Source: Alphaproteobacteria bacterium
GTDB lineage: Bacteria > Pseudomonadota > Alphaproteobacteria > UBA8366 > GCA-2717185
DNA: 64,000 bases
Direction of reading: 5' to 3'
Assembly (NCBI GenBank): GCA_028822585.1
Contig: JAPKDL010000007.1
Span: 4,091-68,090, forward strand
A model generated the notes under the pieces. That model did no database searches, was not told the origin of the DNA, and worked only from the letters and a program-made list of their open reading frames with translations. Shown here one piece after another: positions 1-9,153 of this stretch (its first letter is position 1; each line of letters begins with the position of its first letter). Position numbers and translations under genes: made by a program.

Positions 1-2
1 TA

Positions 3-701
3 TTTTGCCTGTATCCTCACCAGGACCGCTATGTCGTCCCCGCTGTATCGGTGGTCGATATCCCGAATGATGTGCCCGATGATCGGGCTGTGTTGGCGGC
101 CAATATGGAAACTGCCGTGAATGCGATGTGGGATGCGGCACCGTTGATTGGCGACCGGATAGCTGTGGTGGGCGGTGGTGTCGTTGGGTGTTTGGCGGCG
201 GCGCTGTGCGGGCGTATTTATGGTGCCCAGGTTCAACTTGTCGACGTTAACCCGAACCGTGCGGCGGTTGCGGCGGCGTTGGGCGTCGGGTTCGCCGTTC
301 CCGATGATGCGTTAGAGGCGCTGGGAGGAATGGCGGATATTGTGTTCCACGCCAGCGGCGTTGGGACCGGGTTGACGACCGCACTAGCGCTCGCCGGGTT
401 TGAGGCGCCTATTATTGAGATGAGTTGGTATGGCGATCGCGCGGTGTTGGCGCCGTTGGGCGAGGCGTTTCACGCCAAGCGGTTATCTATTCAAGCCAGC
501 CAGGTTGGCGCCGTCGCCCCCAGCCGCCGGGCACGGCGGACGCGGCGGGACCGGTTAATGTTCGCGATGTCGTTATTACGCGACCCGATGTTTGATTGCC
601 TCATCACTGGGCGCTCGTACTTTGAGGATTTACCGAAAACCATGGCGAGCCTGGCGGGCGATCCCGGTGATGCGTTATGTCATATTTTAACGTATACATA
701 A
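3..701 (+). CDS. Zinc-binding (MDR family) dehydrogenase, 5'-truncated by window edge
   Basis: Frame open from position 3 (FCLYPHQDRYVVP...). Rossmann motif VVGGGVVG; C-terminal SQVG motif typical of threonine-dehydrogenase-like MDR proteins. Confidence 0.8.
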   Translation, partial: FCLYPHQDRYVVPAVSVVDIPNDVPDDRAVLAANMETAVNAMWDAAPLIGDRIAVVGGGVVGCLAAALCGRIYGAQVQLVDVNPNRAAVAAALGVGFAVPDDALEALGGMADIVFHASGVGTGLTTALALAGFEAPIIEMSWYGDRAVLAPLGEAFHAKRLSIQASQVGAVAPSRRARRTRRDRLMFAMSLLRDPMFDCLITGRSYFEDLPKTMASLAGDPGDALCHILTYT

Positions 702-737
702 TGGTGCCGCTAGCGAATTGGCCAGGAGAGTAAATTT

Positions 738-1160
738 ATGTTCAGCGTCACCGTTTCCAATAGCGTTATGATCGCGCATTCGCTTGCCGGGGATATCTTC
801 GGTCCGGCGCAACGGTTGCATGGCGCGACATATGTGGTGGAAATTACAATGCGCCGCCCGGCGCTTGATGAAAACGGCATTGTCGCGGATATCGGTCGGG
901 CGGCGGAGTTGCTGGACGATGTGTTGGCGCCGTTCTCCTATCGTAATTTGGACGATTTGCCGGAATTCGCCGGACGCAACTCTACGACAGAAGTCCTGGC
1001 GAAAGAAATATTTGACCGCTACGTTGGGGGCGTTCATGAGGGCCGGTTGGGTGGAGATGTGGCGGGTCGATTGGCCCATGTTAATGTAACCTTGCGGGAA
1101 AAACCGGATGCTTGGGCGTCGTATGGTGCGAACCTTGATGAGATTGGCGAAGATGGATAA
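738..1160 (+). CDS. 6-pyruvoyl-tetrahydropterin synthase/QueD-like T-fold protein (COG0720), atypical active site
   Basis: AHSL...FGPAQRLHGATY...STTEVLA...LRE motifs; SD AGGAG upstream of ATG. Confidence 0.85.
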   Translation: MFSVTVSNSVMIAHSLAGDIFGPAQRLHGATYVVEITMRRPALDENGIVADIGRAAELLDDVLAPFSYRNLDDLPEFAGRNSTTEVLAKEIFDRYVGGVHEGRLGGDVAGRLAHVNVTLREKPDAWASYGANLDEIGEDG

Positions 1161-2286
1161 ACCCACAATCCATTTCGCCATTCCCGGATCAATTCAGCGC
1201 CGGACCGGTGGTTATAACTACGACCGGCACGTCATTAGTGGATTGCGGGAACGGGGGCGTATTGTGCGCCTGTATGAATTGGACGACCCGTTTTCTGTCG
1301 CTGGGATGGATTTGTCTTCTATTGCGCAGCGACGGAAAGCCGAAAGAACCGCAGGCAAGATGATCAGTTCGTTGCCTGAAGGCGCGGTGTTGATTATTGA
1401 CGGGTTGGCCTTGCCGGCCTTTGAATCCCGACTCCGGCATGGTGCGGCGCGGCTTTGCGTCGTCGCGCTCATCCATCATTTGCTAGCGGACGAATCCGGC
1501 CTGGAGGCCGCCGAAAAACATGCCCTGCAGGAAGTGGAGCTTCGAAACCTTGGCGTTATGCGCCATGTCGTTGTCACAAGTCGGGCGACTGCCGCCACAG
1601 TGCTGCGTTTGGGGGTGTCGCGCACAAAAATTTCCGTGGTGGAGCCTGGAACTAACCAACCGGAAGACCTTCTGGGAACCAGGCAGGGAACCAAGGCAGC
1701 GAAGCATGAACGCGGCGCAAATGGCACCATTGAGCTTATATCGGTTGGCGCCTTGATTCCGAGGAAAGGGCATTTAACGCTGCTTCAGGCTTTGGCGGCG
1801 CATCGTTCGATGGCGTGGCGATTGACGTGTTTTGGTTCGTTGGACGCGGACCGCCAAGAGGTGGCTAAAATTCGCGCGCTTATTGAGCATGAAGACTTAA
1901 CGGATAGGGTTAATTTGGCGGGTGAGGTCGACGATAAAGACTTGTACATCGCTTATCGCGACGCTGATATTTTCGTGTTGGCGTCTAAATTAGAAGGTTA
2001 CGGCATGGCCTTTGCGGAAGCGCTGGCGTATGGGCTGCCCGTTGTTGGCAGCGGCGCTGGCGCGGTAGCCACAACGGTTCCCACCGACGCGGGTTTGCTG
2101 GTGGCGCCGGGAGATCCTGTCGCGTTGGCGGCGGCGTTGGAACGGGTCATGACCGATGCTTCATTCCGGGGCACGCTGGCTGCCGGCGCGGCAAAGGCTG
2201 GACGTCAATTGCCATCGTGGCGGCATACCGCCACGCAATTTGACGCTACGATCAATTCGGTCAGTCGCGCGTCATCGATTGTGTGA
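1153..2286 (+). CDS. Glycosyltransferase family 4 (GT-B)
   Basis: TGGYNYD N-terminal motif, PRKG, EGYGMAFAEA (Ex7E). ATG at 1153 overlaps the end of the upstream gene. Confidence 0.9.
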   Translation: MDKPTIHFAIPGSIQRRTGGYNYDRHVISGLRERGRIVRLYELDDPFSVAGMDLSSIAQRRKAERTAGKMISSLPEGAVLIIDGLALPAFESRLRHGAARLCVVALIHHLLADESGLEAAEKHALQEVELRNLGVMRHVVVTSRATAATVLRLGVSRTKISVVEPGTNQPEDLLGTRQGTKAAKHERGANGTIELISVGALIPRKGHLTLLQALAAHRSMAWRLTCFGSLDADRQEVAKIRALIEHEDLTDRVNLAGEVDDKDLYIAYRDADIFVLASKLEGYGMAFAEALAYGLPVVGSGAGAVATTVPTDAGLLVAPGDPVALAAALERVMTDASFRGTLAAGAAKAGRQLPSWRHTATQFDATINSVSRASSIV

Positions 2287-3098
2287 CGGCGGATATGGAG
2301 ACCTTTACCGGTGATTGGTTGGCGTTGCGGGGCGCTGCGGATCGTGCTGCGCGGTCAAAGACTCTGGCGGCCCAATTTGTATCAGTGTTGCCGTCGAACC
2401 CCCGCGTGCTGGATTTGGCGTCAGGCGGGGGTGCCAACGCGAAATATCTAGAAACCGAAATGACATGGTCCGCGCCCGGTGCGGCGCCAAGCTGGACTTT
2501 TGTGGATGGTGATACCGATTTGTTGGCGCAGGCGCGGGAGATGACGGGGCCCGTTGAATTAAGACTCGCCGATTTGTCTTCTGGCATTTCACGGGAATGG
2601 ACGGCGTCGGTCGACGGCGTTACCGCGTCGGCGTTTTTCGACCTTGTGTCGTCGGACTGGTTTGAGGCGTTTGCGCATTGCGTGCGTGGTGTGCCTCTGC
2701 TGTTCGCGCTCACCATTGATGGTCGGTGGCGCTGGAGTCCGGCGCATGACCGCGACAATGATATCATGGCGGTGTTCGCCCGTGACCAAAAGCGTGACAA
2801 GGGATTCGGTCCAGCGATGGGCGGTGGCGCGGCGATGGCGATGATACGAATTTTAAACGCCCACGGGTTCATCGTGTCCAGCCGCCCGGCGGATTGGCGT
2901 CTTGGCACCGCTCATGCGGCGCTTTTGGAGGCTTTAATTCAAAATATCGCGGCCGCCGTGACGCCCTATGGCACCGATACATTGGGATGGCTGACCTGCC
3001 GCCGCCAGCAAATAGGACAAGGTGAATTGCGGTTGCGGTTGGGCCATCTTGACCTGTTTGCCAGGCCCGCCTTGTTCTCTGACAGCGAGGTGTCATAG
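2283..3098 (+). CDS. Class I SAM-dependent methyltransferase
   Basis: WLALR..AD.AARS, VLDLASGGGAN (motif I), TASAFFDLVS; GTGA overlap with the GT gene. Confidence 0.8.
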   Translation: MTADMETFTGDWLALRGAADRAARSKTLAAQFVSVLPSNPRVLDLASGGGANAKYLETEMTWSAPGAAPSWTFVDGDTDLLAQAREMTGPVELRLADLSSGISREWTASVDGVTASAFFDLVSSDWFEAFAHCVRGVPLLFALTIDGRWRWSPAHDRDNDIMAVFARDQKRDKGFGPAMGGGAAMAMIRILNAHGFIVSSRPADWRLGTAHAALLEALIQNIAAAVTPYGTDTLGWLTCRRQQIGQGELRLRLGHLDLFARPALFSDSEVS

Positions 3099-3295
3099 AA
3101 TTAACGGTCAGTGGGCTGATCGAAACGCTTGGTTTCCAATCCTTTTGAACAGACAATAAACTATTGATTTAGAGGGGAGTTTATCAAATTGAATGGGCAC
3201 CATCCGTTTTGGTTGCGCCACTAGAATATGACGCTCCCGGTAAATATACGCTATAGTGGCGAGACTAACGGAGAGACCTAGATGCTGAGGGCTGG

Positions 3296-3982
3296 ATGAT
3301 CGGAAAAAAAGTATTGTTGGTGGATGATGACGAAGCGCTTGGTGAGTCGTTGTCGGAACAGTTGCGGCTCAATGAAGAGTTCGAAACCACCGTTGCGGGC
3401 ACTGCATCCGAGGGACTGGGAATTGCGAAGACTGATTACTTCGACGCCCTTCTTCTGGATGTGGATCTGCCAGATATGGATGGCTGGGAGGCCTGCCGCT
3501 TGATGCGCCGGAACGGTGTGACGGCGCCAATTATCATGTTGACCGGCGCTGATACGGATGTGGATGCGATTTTGGGTTTGGATGCAGGGGCCAACGACTA
3601 TGTGACTAAGCCGTTTCGGTTGGGCGTGTTGTTGGCGCGTCTGCGGGCTCAGCTTCACCAGCACGAACAGAGTGAAGATGGGATGTTCACCATTGGGCCT
3701 TATTCATTTCTGCCCAGCGGGAAAATTCTTGTCGACGATGAAACGGAACGAAAAGTTCGGTTGACGGAAAAGGAAACCGCGATTTTAAAATATTTGTACC
3801 GGTCGGGAGATAAGGTTGTGGATCGGGACACGTTATTGGACGAAGTGTGGGGATATAACGCGGGTGTCACAACACATACGCTGGAAACCCATGTGTATCG
3901 GTTGCGGCAAAAAATTGAACGTGATCCGTCCAATTCCGAAATCCTTGTGACGGAGCCCGGCGGTTATCGCCTGGCCCCCTGA
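3296..3982 (+). CDS. OmpR/PhoB-family response regulator (no adjacent kinase)
   Basis: Receiver domain (LLVDDD, LLDVDLPD, KPF) plus winged helix (LTEKE, VWGY, ETHVYRLRQKIE). Confidence 0.95.
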   Translation: MIGKKVLLVDDDEALGESLSEQLRLNEEFETTVAGTASEGLGIAKTDYFDALLLDVDLPDMDGWEACRLMRRNGVTAPIIMLTGADTDVDAILGLDAGANDYVTKPFRLGVLLARLRAQLHQHEQSEDGMFTIGPYSFLPSGKILVDDETERKVRLTEKETAILKYLYRSGDKVVDRDTLLDEVWGYNAGVTTHTLETHVYRLRQKIERDPSNSEILVTEPGGYRLAP

Positions 3983-4003
3983 GGTTGGGATAGGGGTCGT
4001 AGT

Positions 4004-4837
4004 TTGATGGAATGGACCGACTTTTCCGTGAAATTCTGGGGTGTGCGCGGCAGCATTGCGTGCCCGGGCCCGTCAACTGTGCGCTATGGCGGAAATACAT
4101 CGTGTCTGGAGGTTATGTGTGGCGACCGCCGGTTGATTTTTGATGGGGGCACCGGGCTGCGAACTCTGGGTCAAACGATGATGGGGCAAAACCCCTGCGA
4201 TGTTGATTTATTGCTGACGCATACGCATTTTGACCATGTTTGCGGCTTGCCATTTTTTGCGCCGTTCTATATTCCCGGCAACAAGATCCGGCTATGGGCG
4301 GGCCATTTGGATGCGGAGCTTGGCGTGGAGAAAGTGATCCATGACATGATGATTGCGCCATTGTTTCCCGTGCCGCCGGGCGCGTTTCAAGCGGAGGTAT
4401 CTTATAATGATTTTGAATGTGGAACGACCCTGACGTTGGGTGACGGCGTTTCTGTCCGCACATGCGCGCTCAATCATCCCAACCGCGCGACCGGTTATCG
4501 GGTTGATTTTGAGGGTCGGTCATTGTGCTATATCACCGATACGGAACATGTTGAAGGCGAACGTGACGCAGCGATTGTCAAGCTGATTCAAGACGCCGAT
4601 CTCGTCATTTACGATTCCACGTTCACCGATGCGGAATATTCTAAATTCAAAGGTTATGGACATTCGACGTGGGAGGAAGGAGTTCGTCTGGCCGACGAGG
4701 CGCATGTAAAGACCTTGGTCTTGTTCCACCATGACCCAAGCCATGACGACGATTTTATGGACCAAGTAGCGAAAGATGCCGAAACCTCGCGGCCCGGCAC
4801 GCTGGTAGCGCGCGAAGGCGATACTTTGTTACCATGA
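4004..4837 (+). CDS. Metallo-beta-lactamase-fold hydrolase (RNase Z/phosphodiesterase-like)
   Basis: FWGVRGS, YGGNTSC, THTHFDH (HxHxDH), TDTEH, GHST, LFHHDP. Confidence 0.9.
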   Translation: MMEWTDFSVKFWGVRGSIACPGPSTVRYGGNTSCLEVMCGDRRLIFDGGTGLRTLGQTMMGQNPCDVDLLLTHTHFDHVCGLPFFAPFYIPGNKIRLWAGHLDAELGVEKVIHDMMIAPLFPVPPGAFQAEVSYNDFECGTTLTLGDGVSVRTCALNHPNRATGYRVDFEGRSLCYITDTEHVEGERDAAIVKLIQDADLVIYDSTFTDAEYSKFKGYGHSTWEEGVRLADEAHVKTLVLFHHDPSHDDDFMDQVAKDAETSRPGTLVAREGDTLLP

Positions 4838-5050
4838 GAGGGTCCCTATGAGAGGACGCCCATGAAGTGGCACCTGCCGCAGGACGATAGCGAGCGGTTG
4901 GCCACTTGGCCACGGCGGGACTTTAAGAGCGTGGCTAAGCGCAGGGGTATGCGCTGGTGGTGCCCCGCGATCACACGATGATGATTATTAAAGGCGTGGC
5001 GGAGCCGGTCGATGTCGTTGTGCTGGCCGATAAATTTTGGGTGACTGAAT

Positions 5051-6208
5051 TTATTTATAAGGGTCGGCGGCGTCGCGTAACCCATCGCCTAGGAATTGAA
5101 ATGCCAGCACGATTAGGATTACCGGGATCACCGGATACATCAGCCAGGGATACAGCGCGACGACGTTGATGTTTTGCGCTTCGTTCAACAATACGCCCCA
5201 ACTAGTGATCGGCGGGCGCAGGCCCAGCCCCAGGAAACTCAAGGCTGTTTCCCCCAGAATCATGCTGGGAATCGACAAGGTGGCCGATGCGATCAGGTGA
5301 CTCATGAAGCTGGGCAGCAAATGATGTCCAATAATGCGGCTGGGTTTTGCACCCATGAGCTGGGCCGCGACGCAGAAATCTTCTTCGCGCAAGGCCAATA
5401 ATTTGGAACGCACCGCGCGCGCCAGTCCCGGCCAATCCAACATACCCAAAATGACCGTAATGCCCATGAACACCAGAATGGGGCTCCACGTGACCGGTAG
5501 AATTGCTGACAGCGCCATCCATAATGGCAGGGACGGAAAGGAGCGGATGATTTCGATAATCCGCTGGACGATGGAATCGACCATGCCGCCATAATACCCG
5601 GCTAAGCCGCCAATGGTCAGCCCCATGGCGAAGCTAATAATGATGCCGACCAACCCGACCGTCAACGATATGCGCGCGCCGTACAATATTCGGCTGAGCA
5701 CGTCCCGACCCAGTCGATCCGTGCCCAGGAAAAACAACTGTCCATTCGCTGCCGGGCACACCACGTGGAATTTGGCGTCAAACAGGTTCCAGAATTCATA
5801 GCGCGCACCGTCGTAATCATCACTATTGCAGAAAAACCGAATTTTTTGAATGCGGGCTGGGTCGTCTTTGTAAACCCATTGCAAATGTTCCATATCCAGG
5901 CTGACATTGTAGCCATAGACGAAGGGTCCGACGAAGTCGCCGTCATGGAACAGGTGAACCGATTGCGGTGGCGCGTACAGATAGTTGGTGTGGCGCGCTT
6001 GTAAATCATAAGGTGCTAGCATTTCGCTGACGACTATGGACAGATACACCATCAATAAAAACGCGCCGCTGACCACGGCCAGGCGATGGCGTTTCAGCTT
6101 CCACCACATCAGCCGCCACTGTGATGCCATGTAATAACGTTCTTGTTCCGGCGTCAGTGTAGTGGCGACATTGGGATCAAAGGGCGCGTCGTTGACGAAA
6201 TGTTTCAT
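5051..6208 (-). CDS. Peptide/nickel-type ABC transporter permease (DppC/OppC-like)
   Basis: LGTDRLGRD, EAA-like loop, ETALSFLGLG, GDGLRDAADP. Confidence 0.95.
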   Translation of the reverse strand: MKHFVNDAPFDPNVATTLTPEQERYYMASQWRLMWWKLKRHRLAVVSGAFLLMVYLSIVVSEMLAPYDLQARHTNYLYAPPQSVHLFHDGDFVGPFVYGYNVSLDMEHLQWVYKDDPARIQKIRFFCNSDDYDGARYEFWNLFDAKFHVVCPAANGQLFFLGTDRLGRDVLSRILYGARISLTVGLVGIIISFAMGLTIGGLAGYYGGMVDSIVQRIIEIIRSFPSLPLWMALSAILPVTWSPILVFMGITVILGMLDWPGLARAVRSKLLALREEDFCVAAQLMGAKPSRIIGHHLLPSFMSHLIASATLSIPSMILGETALSFLGLGLRPPITSWGVLLNEAQNINVVALYPWLMYPVIPVILIVLAFQFLGDGLRDAADPYK

Positions 6209-7203
6209 CGGCTCGCCCCCCCGCTTAACCGGATGCGTGGGTCAAGCGCGGCCAGCGCTAGATCCGACAGCAATGTGCCGATGACGGTCAGTGTCGCCAG
6301 ACACATAAGGAACGATCCGGCGAGGTACATGTCCTGGCTTTGCAATGCGTTTAGCAACATCGGCCCAGTGGTTGGCAGCGACAACACGATGGAGACGATC
6401 GCCGCGCCGGAAATGATTTCGGGCAATAAATTACCGATATCGGCGATGAAAGGATTCAACGCCATGCGCAACGGATATTTCACTAGCGCGCGTCCCGGCG
6501 GCAACCCTTTGGCTTTCGCCGTCACGTAATATTGCTTATTCAACTCGTCGAGAAGATTGGCGCGCAATCGCCGGATCATCCCGGCTGTGCCGGATGTTCC
6601 GATGACCAGAACCGGCACCCAAAGATGTTCGAGAATCGATAGTATTTTATCCAAAGACCATCCTGCTGCGATATATTGTGGGTCCATCAGCCCGCCAATG
6701 GATGTGCCAAAGATGCTGAAGGCCAGCCATTGCAACACCAGGGCGAGCAGAAAATTTGGCGTCGCCAATCCCAGAAAACCCAAGAATGTAAGGCTGTAAT
6801 CTCCCAGACTGTATTGTCGCACCGCTGAATAAACGCCAATTGGAAACGCCACGACCCAGGTGAAGATGATTGTTGTAAATGATATGATAAAGCTTAACAG
6901 CAACCTGTCGCCAACGACGTCCGATACCGGCTGACTGTATTCGAAAGAATATCCAAAATCACCGTGCAACATGCCCACGACCCATGCGAAATATTGCTCC
7001 AACATCGATTTGTCGAAACCGTATTGTTGCTTGATGAATTCAATTTTCGCTTTGTCGATGGACTCGCCGCGGCTTTGTAGCTCGTTCATATAGGTCGTGA
7101 AATAGTCGCCGGGCGGCAATTGGATAATGATGAACACCAACGCGCTGATGACCAGCAACGTTGGAATCATGACCAGAACCCGGCGGGCGAGATACTCTAA
7201 CAC
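6205..7203 (-). CDS. Peptide/nickel-type ABC transporter permease (DppB/OppB-like)
   Basis: LPPGD, GDFGYS, TAKAKGL, LDPRI; ATGA overlap with the next permease. Confidence 0.95.
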   Translation of the reverse strand: MLEYLARRVLVMIPTLLVISALVFIIIQLPPGDYFTTYMNELQSRGESIDKAKIEFIKQQYGFDKSMLEQYFAWVVGMLHGDFGYSFEYSQPVSDVVGDRLLLSFIISFTTIIFTWVVAFPIGVYSAVRQYSLGDYSLTFLGFLGLATPNFLLALVLQWLAFSIFGTSIGGLMDPQYIAAGWSLDKILSILEHLWVPVLVIGTSGTAGMIRRLRANLLDELNKQYYVTAKAKGLPPGRALVKYPLRMALNPFIADIGNLLPEIISGAAIVSIVLSLPTTGPMLLNALQSQDMYLAGSFLMCLATLTVIGTLLSDLALAALDPRIRLSGGASR

Positions 7204-7215
7204 GATGGCATTGCC

Positions 7216-9153
7216 TTACCTGTACGTAGCTTGTTTTTTGGGTGGGGATGTGTCGGTAAACCAGAAACTATCCGGTTCGTACATGCCGAATTGTGCGCAG
7301 GGTAGCCATGTATAAATAGCTTTTACCGGCACGTTTTTCAGGGTGTTGCGCACCACAATGGGCTGAAGAACGCCGGAAATTAGGCCAATCGAATATACCT
7401 GGTCGGCGTGGATCGTCAGCATCTCATGCCATATTGTGCGCCGCGCGTCGGTTGAGGTCGCGCGGAGCCATTTTTTGTGAAGCACCTTTAACCGTTTGGG
7501 CTCGGGCATGTCTATGGCTTCGCCCATGTTGCCCATGGTTTCGTGACTTTGCCCCCATTTCGGCCATTGATATTGCACTTGGGAGGTTGGCGCGAGGTCT
7601 TCGGGGTCCATGTCGGCGGTGGGCAGGCCGTTTTCTAATCCCGATGAAATCGACATGACGGTTTCCCCGGCGTAGATGCGGTTGCGCATGACCTCGCGCT
7701 GGGTCGGTTTGGTGTGTAGTTTCGCGCCAATCAAGGCCCAGCTATCCTGGATTAACTCCAAAACATCGGCTTCTTCGGTGCTTTCGCCGGTGGATTCCAC
7801 AATGATGTCCAAGGGGCGACCATCGGGTAGCAGGCGGATGCCGCGGTCGTCCCGTTTTTCCAGCCCTATGGAATCAAGTTGCCGGTTCGCTTCGGCGATA
7901 TCATATTTAGCCCAGCTTTTCTGGTATTTGTCGCGGAACAGCGGACTGCCGGGAAGCACCGTATTTTGGGCTTCCAACGCCAGGCCAAAATAGATCACTC
8001 GGTTCAATTCATGCCGATTGACCGCGAGTGATATGGCGCGGCGGAACCGCACGTCACGCAGCAACTTTCGCCATACTGGGTCATTGGTGTTCAAGTTGGG
8101 GAACAACGCCATATGCGCGCCCTTGCCGGTGCGCCACAGGCGGGTGTTGAACCCACTTTTCTTTTCGTTACGTTTCAGAAACGTAAAGTTGTCAAACCGC
8201 AGATACCGCGCCTGTAAATCGGCTTGGCCCGTGCCCACCTTGGCGGGAATGATATTGCTGCTGGCGATGCCGAACACCACCTGGTCGATATATGGCAATT
8301 GCCGCCCGTCCGGGTCGACCTTGTGATAATATGGATTGCGTTTGAAAACGTATTGTTCCGAGGGTCCCTTGGTGGTGTTGACCCAGGGTTGCAGCGATGG
8401 GAGGCGAATATTTTTGTTTTTGTACTGGTGGTCCAGTTTGTTGTGCAGCGCCGCCCAGTTTCGCTGGCCCTTTTTTTTAGCCTTGGTGTTCAGCTTGGCC
8501 GTGTCTTTGTAACGCGCGTGGTATTTTCGCAGATAATGGGCGGGCCGGTAAACGTATAACGGGCGCGCGCCCGCCAGCGCCGGCAAAAACGCCGGGTTCG
8601 GATTGTCCCATTCGAAACGGATTGTCACATCGTCGATGATGGTGACGGCTGGTGGCTTGCCGTCGACGCGCAGCACGGCGGGTGGCCCTGTTGGCGACAA
8701 CATGTCGTGGTTCGCCACATCTTCCCAATAGTAACGGAAATCTTCGGTGGTGAACGGCGCCCCGTCGGACCATTTATGCCCCGGGCGAAGATGTAGCGTG
8801 AATTTACGACCATCTTCGATCTCCAAATCCCGCAAAATATCCGGCACGATGTCGAGGTCACGGTTATATCCGGCCAATCGCGCATAGCCATAGACGACCA
8901 TCAATCGAATATCCTTGGGCCGCGCCATAAACATTTTCATAGCGCCGCCATGGCGTCCGATGCTTTGATTGGCCAAATTCATGGGGCGAATATAGGGCGT
9001 TTCCGGCAATCGTTGGCCAACCGGCGGCAGTTTGCCCGCCGCGACATCCGCCGCCAAAGTGGGTGGTTCGATGTAAGACTTTGCATTTACGCAGTGCGGC
9101 GTGAACGCGATGACAAGGGATGCGATGGCGGTGCATAATAGTGCTGGAGACAT
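7216..9153 (-). CDS. ABC transporter substrate-binding protein, family 5
   Basis: Signal peptide ([20 protein letters not shown]), LRPGHKWSDGAPFTTEDF, RNPYY, LPYID. Start placed at the TAATG overlap with the ATPase stop. Confidence 0.9.
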   Translation of the reverse strand: MSPALLCTAIASLVIAFTPHCVNAKSYIEPPTLAADVAAGKLPPVGQRLPETPYIRPMNLANQSIGRHGGAMKMFMARPKDIRLMVVYGYARLAGYNRDLDIVPDILRDLEIEDGRKFTLHLRPGHKWSDGAPFTTEDFRYYWEDVANHDMLSPTGPPAVLRVDGKPPAVTIIDDVTIRFEWDNPNPAFLPALAGARPLYVYRPAHYLRKYHARYKDTAKLNTKAKKKGQRNWAALHNKLDHQYKNKNIRLPSLQPWVNTTKGPSEQYVFKRNPYYHKVDPDGRQLPYIDQVVFGIASSNIIPAKVGTGQADLQARYLRFDNFTFLKRNEKKSGFNTRLWRTGKGAHMALFPNLNTNDPVWRKLLRDVRFRRAISLAVNRHELNRVIYFGLALEAQNTVLPGSPLFRDKYQKSWAKYDIAEANRQLDSIGLEKRDDRGIRLLPDGRPLDIIVESTGESTEEADVLELIQDSWALIGAKLHTKPTQREVMRNRIYAGETVMSISSGLENGLPTADMDPEDLAPTSQVQYQWPKWGQSHETMGNMGEAIDMPEPKRLKVLHKKWLRATSTDARRTIWHEMLTIHADQVYSIGLISGVLQPIVVRNTLKNVPVKAIYTWLPCAQFGMYEPDSFWFTDTSPPKKQATYR

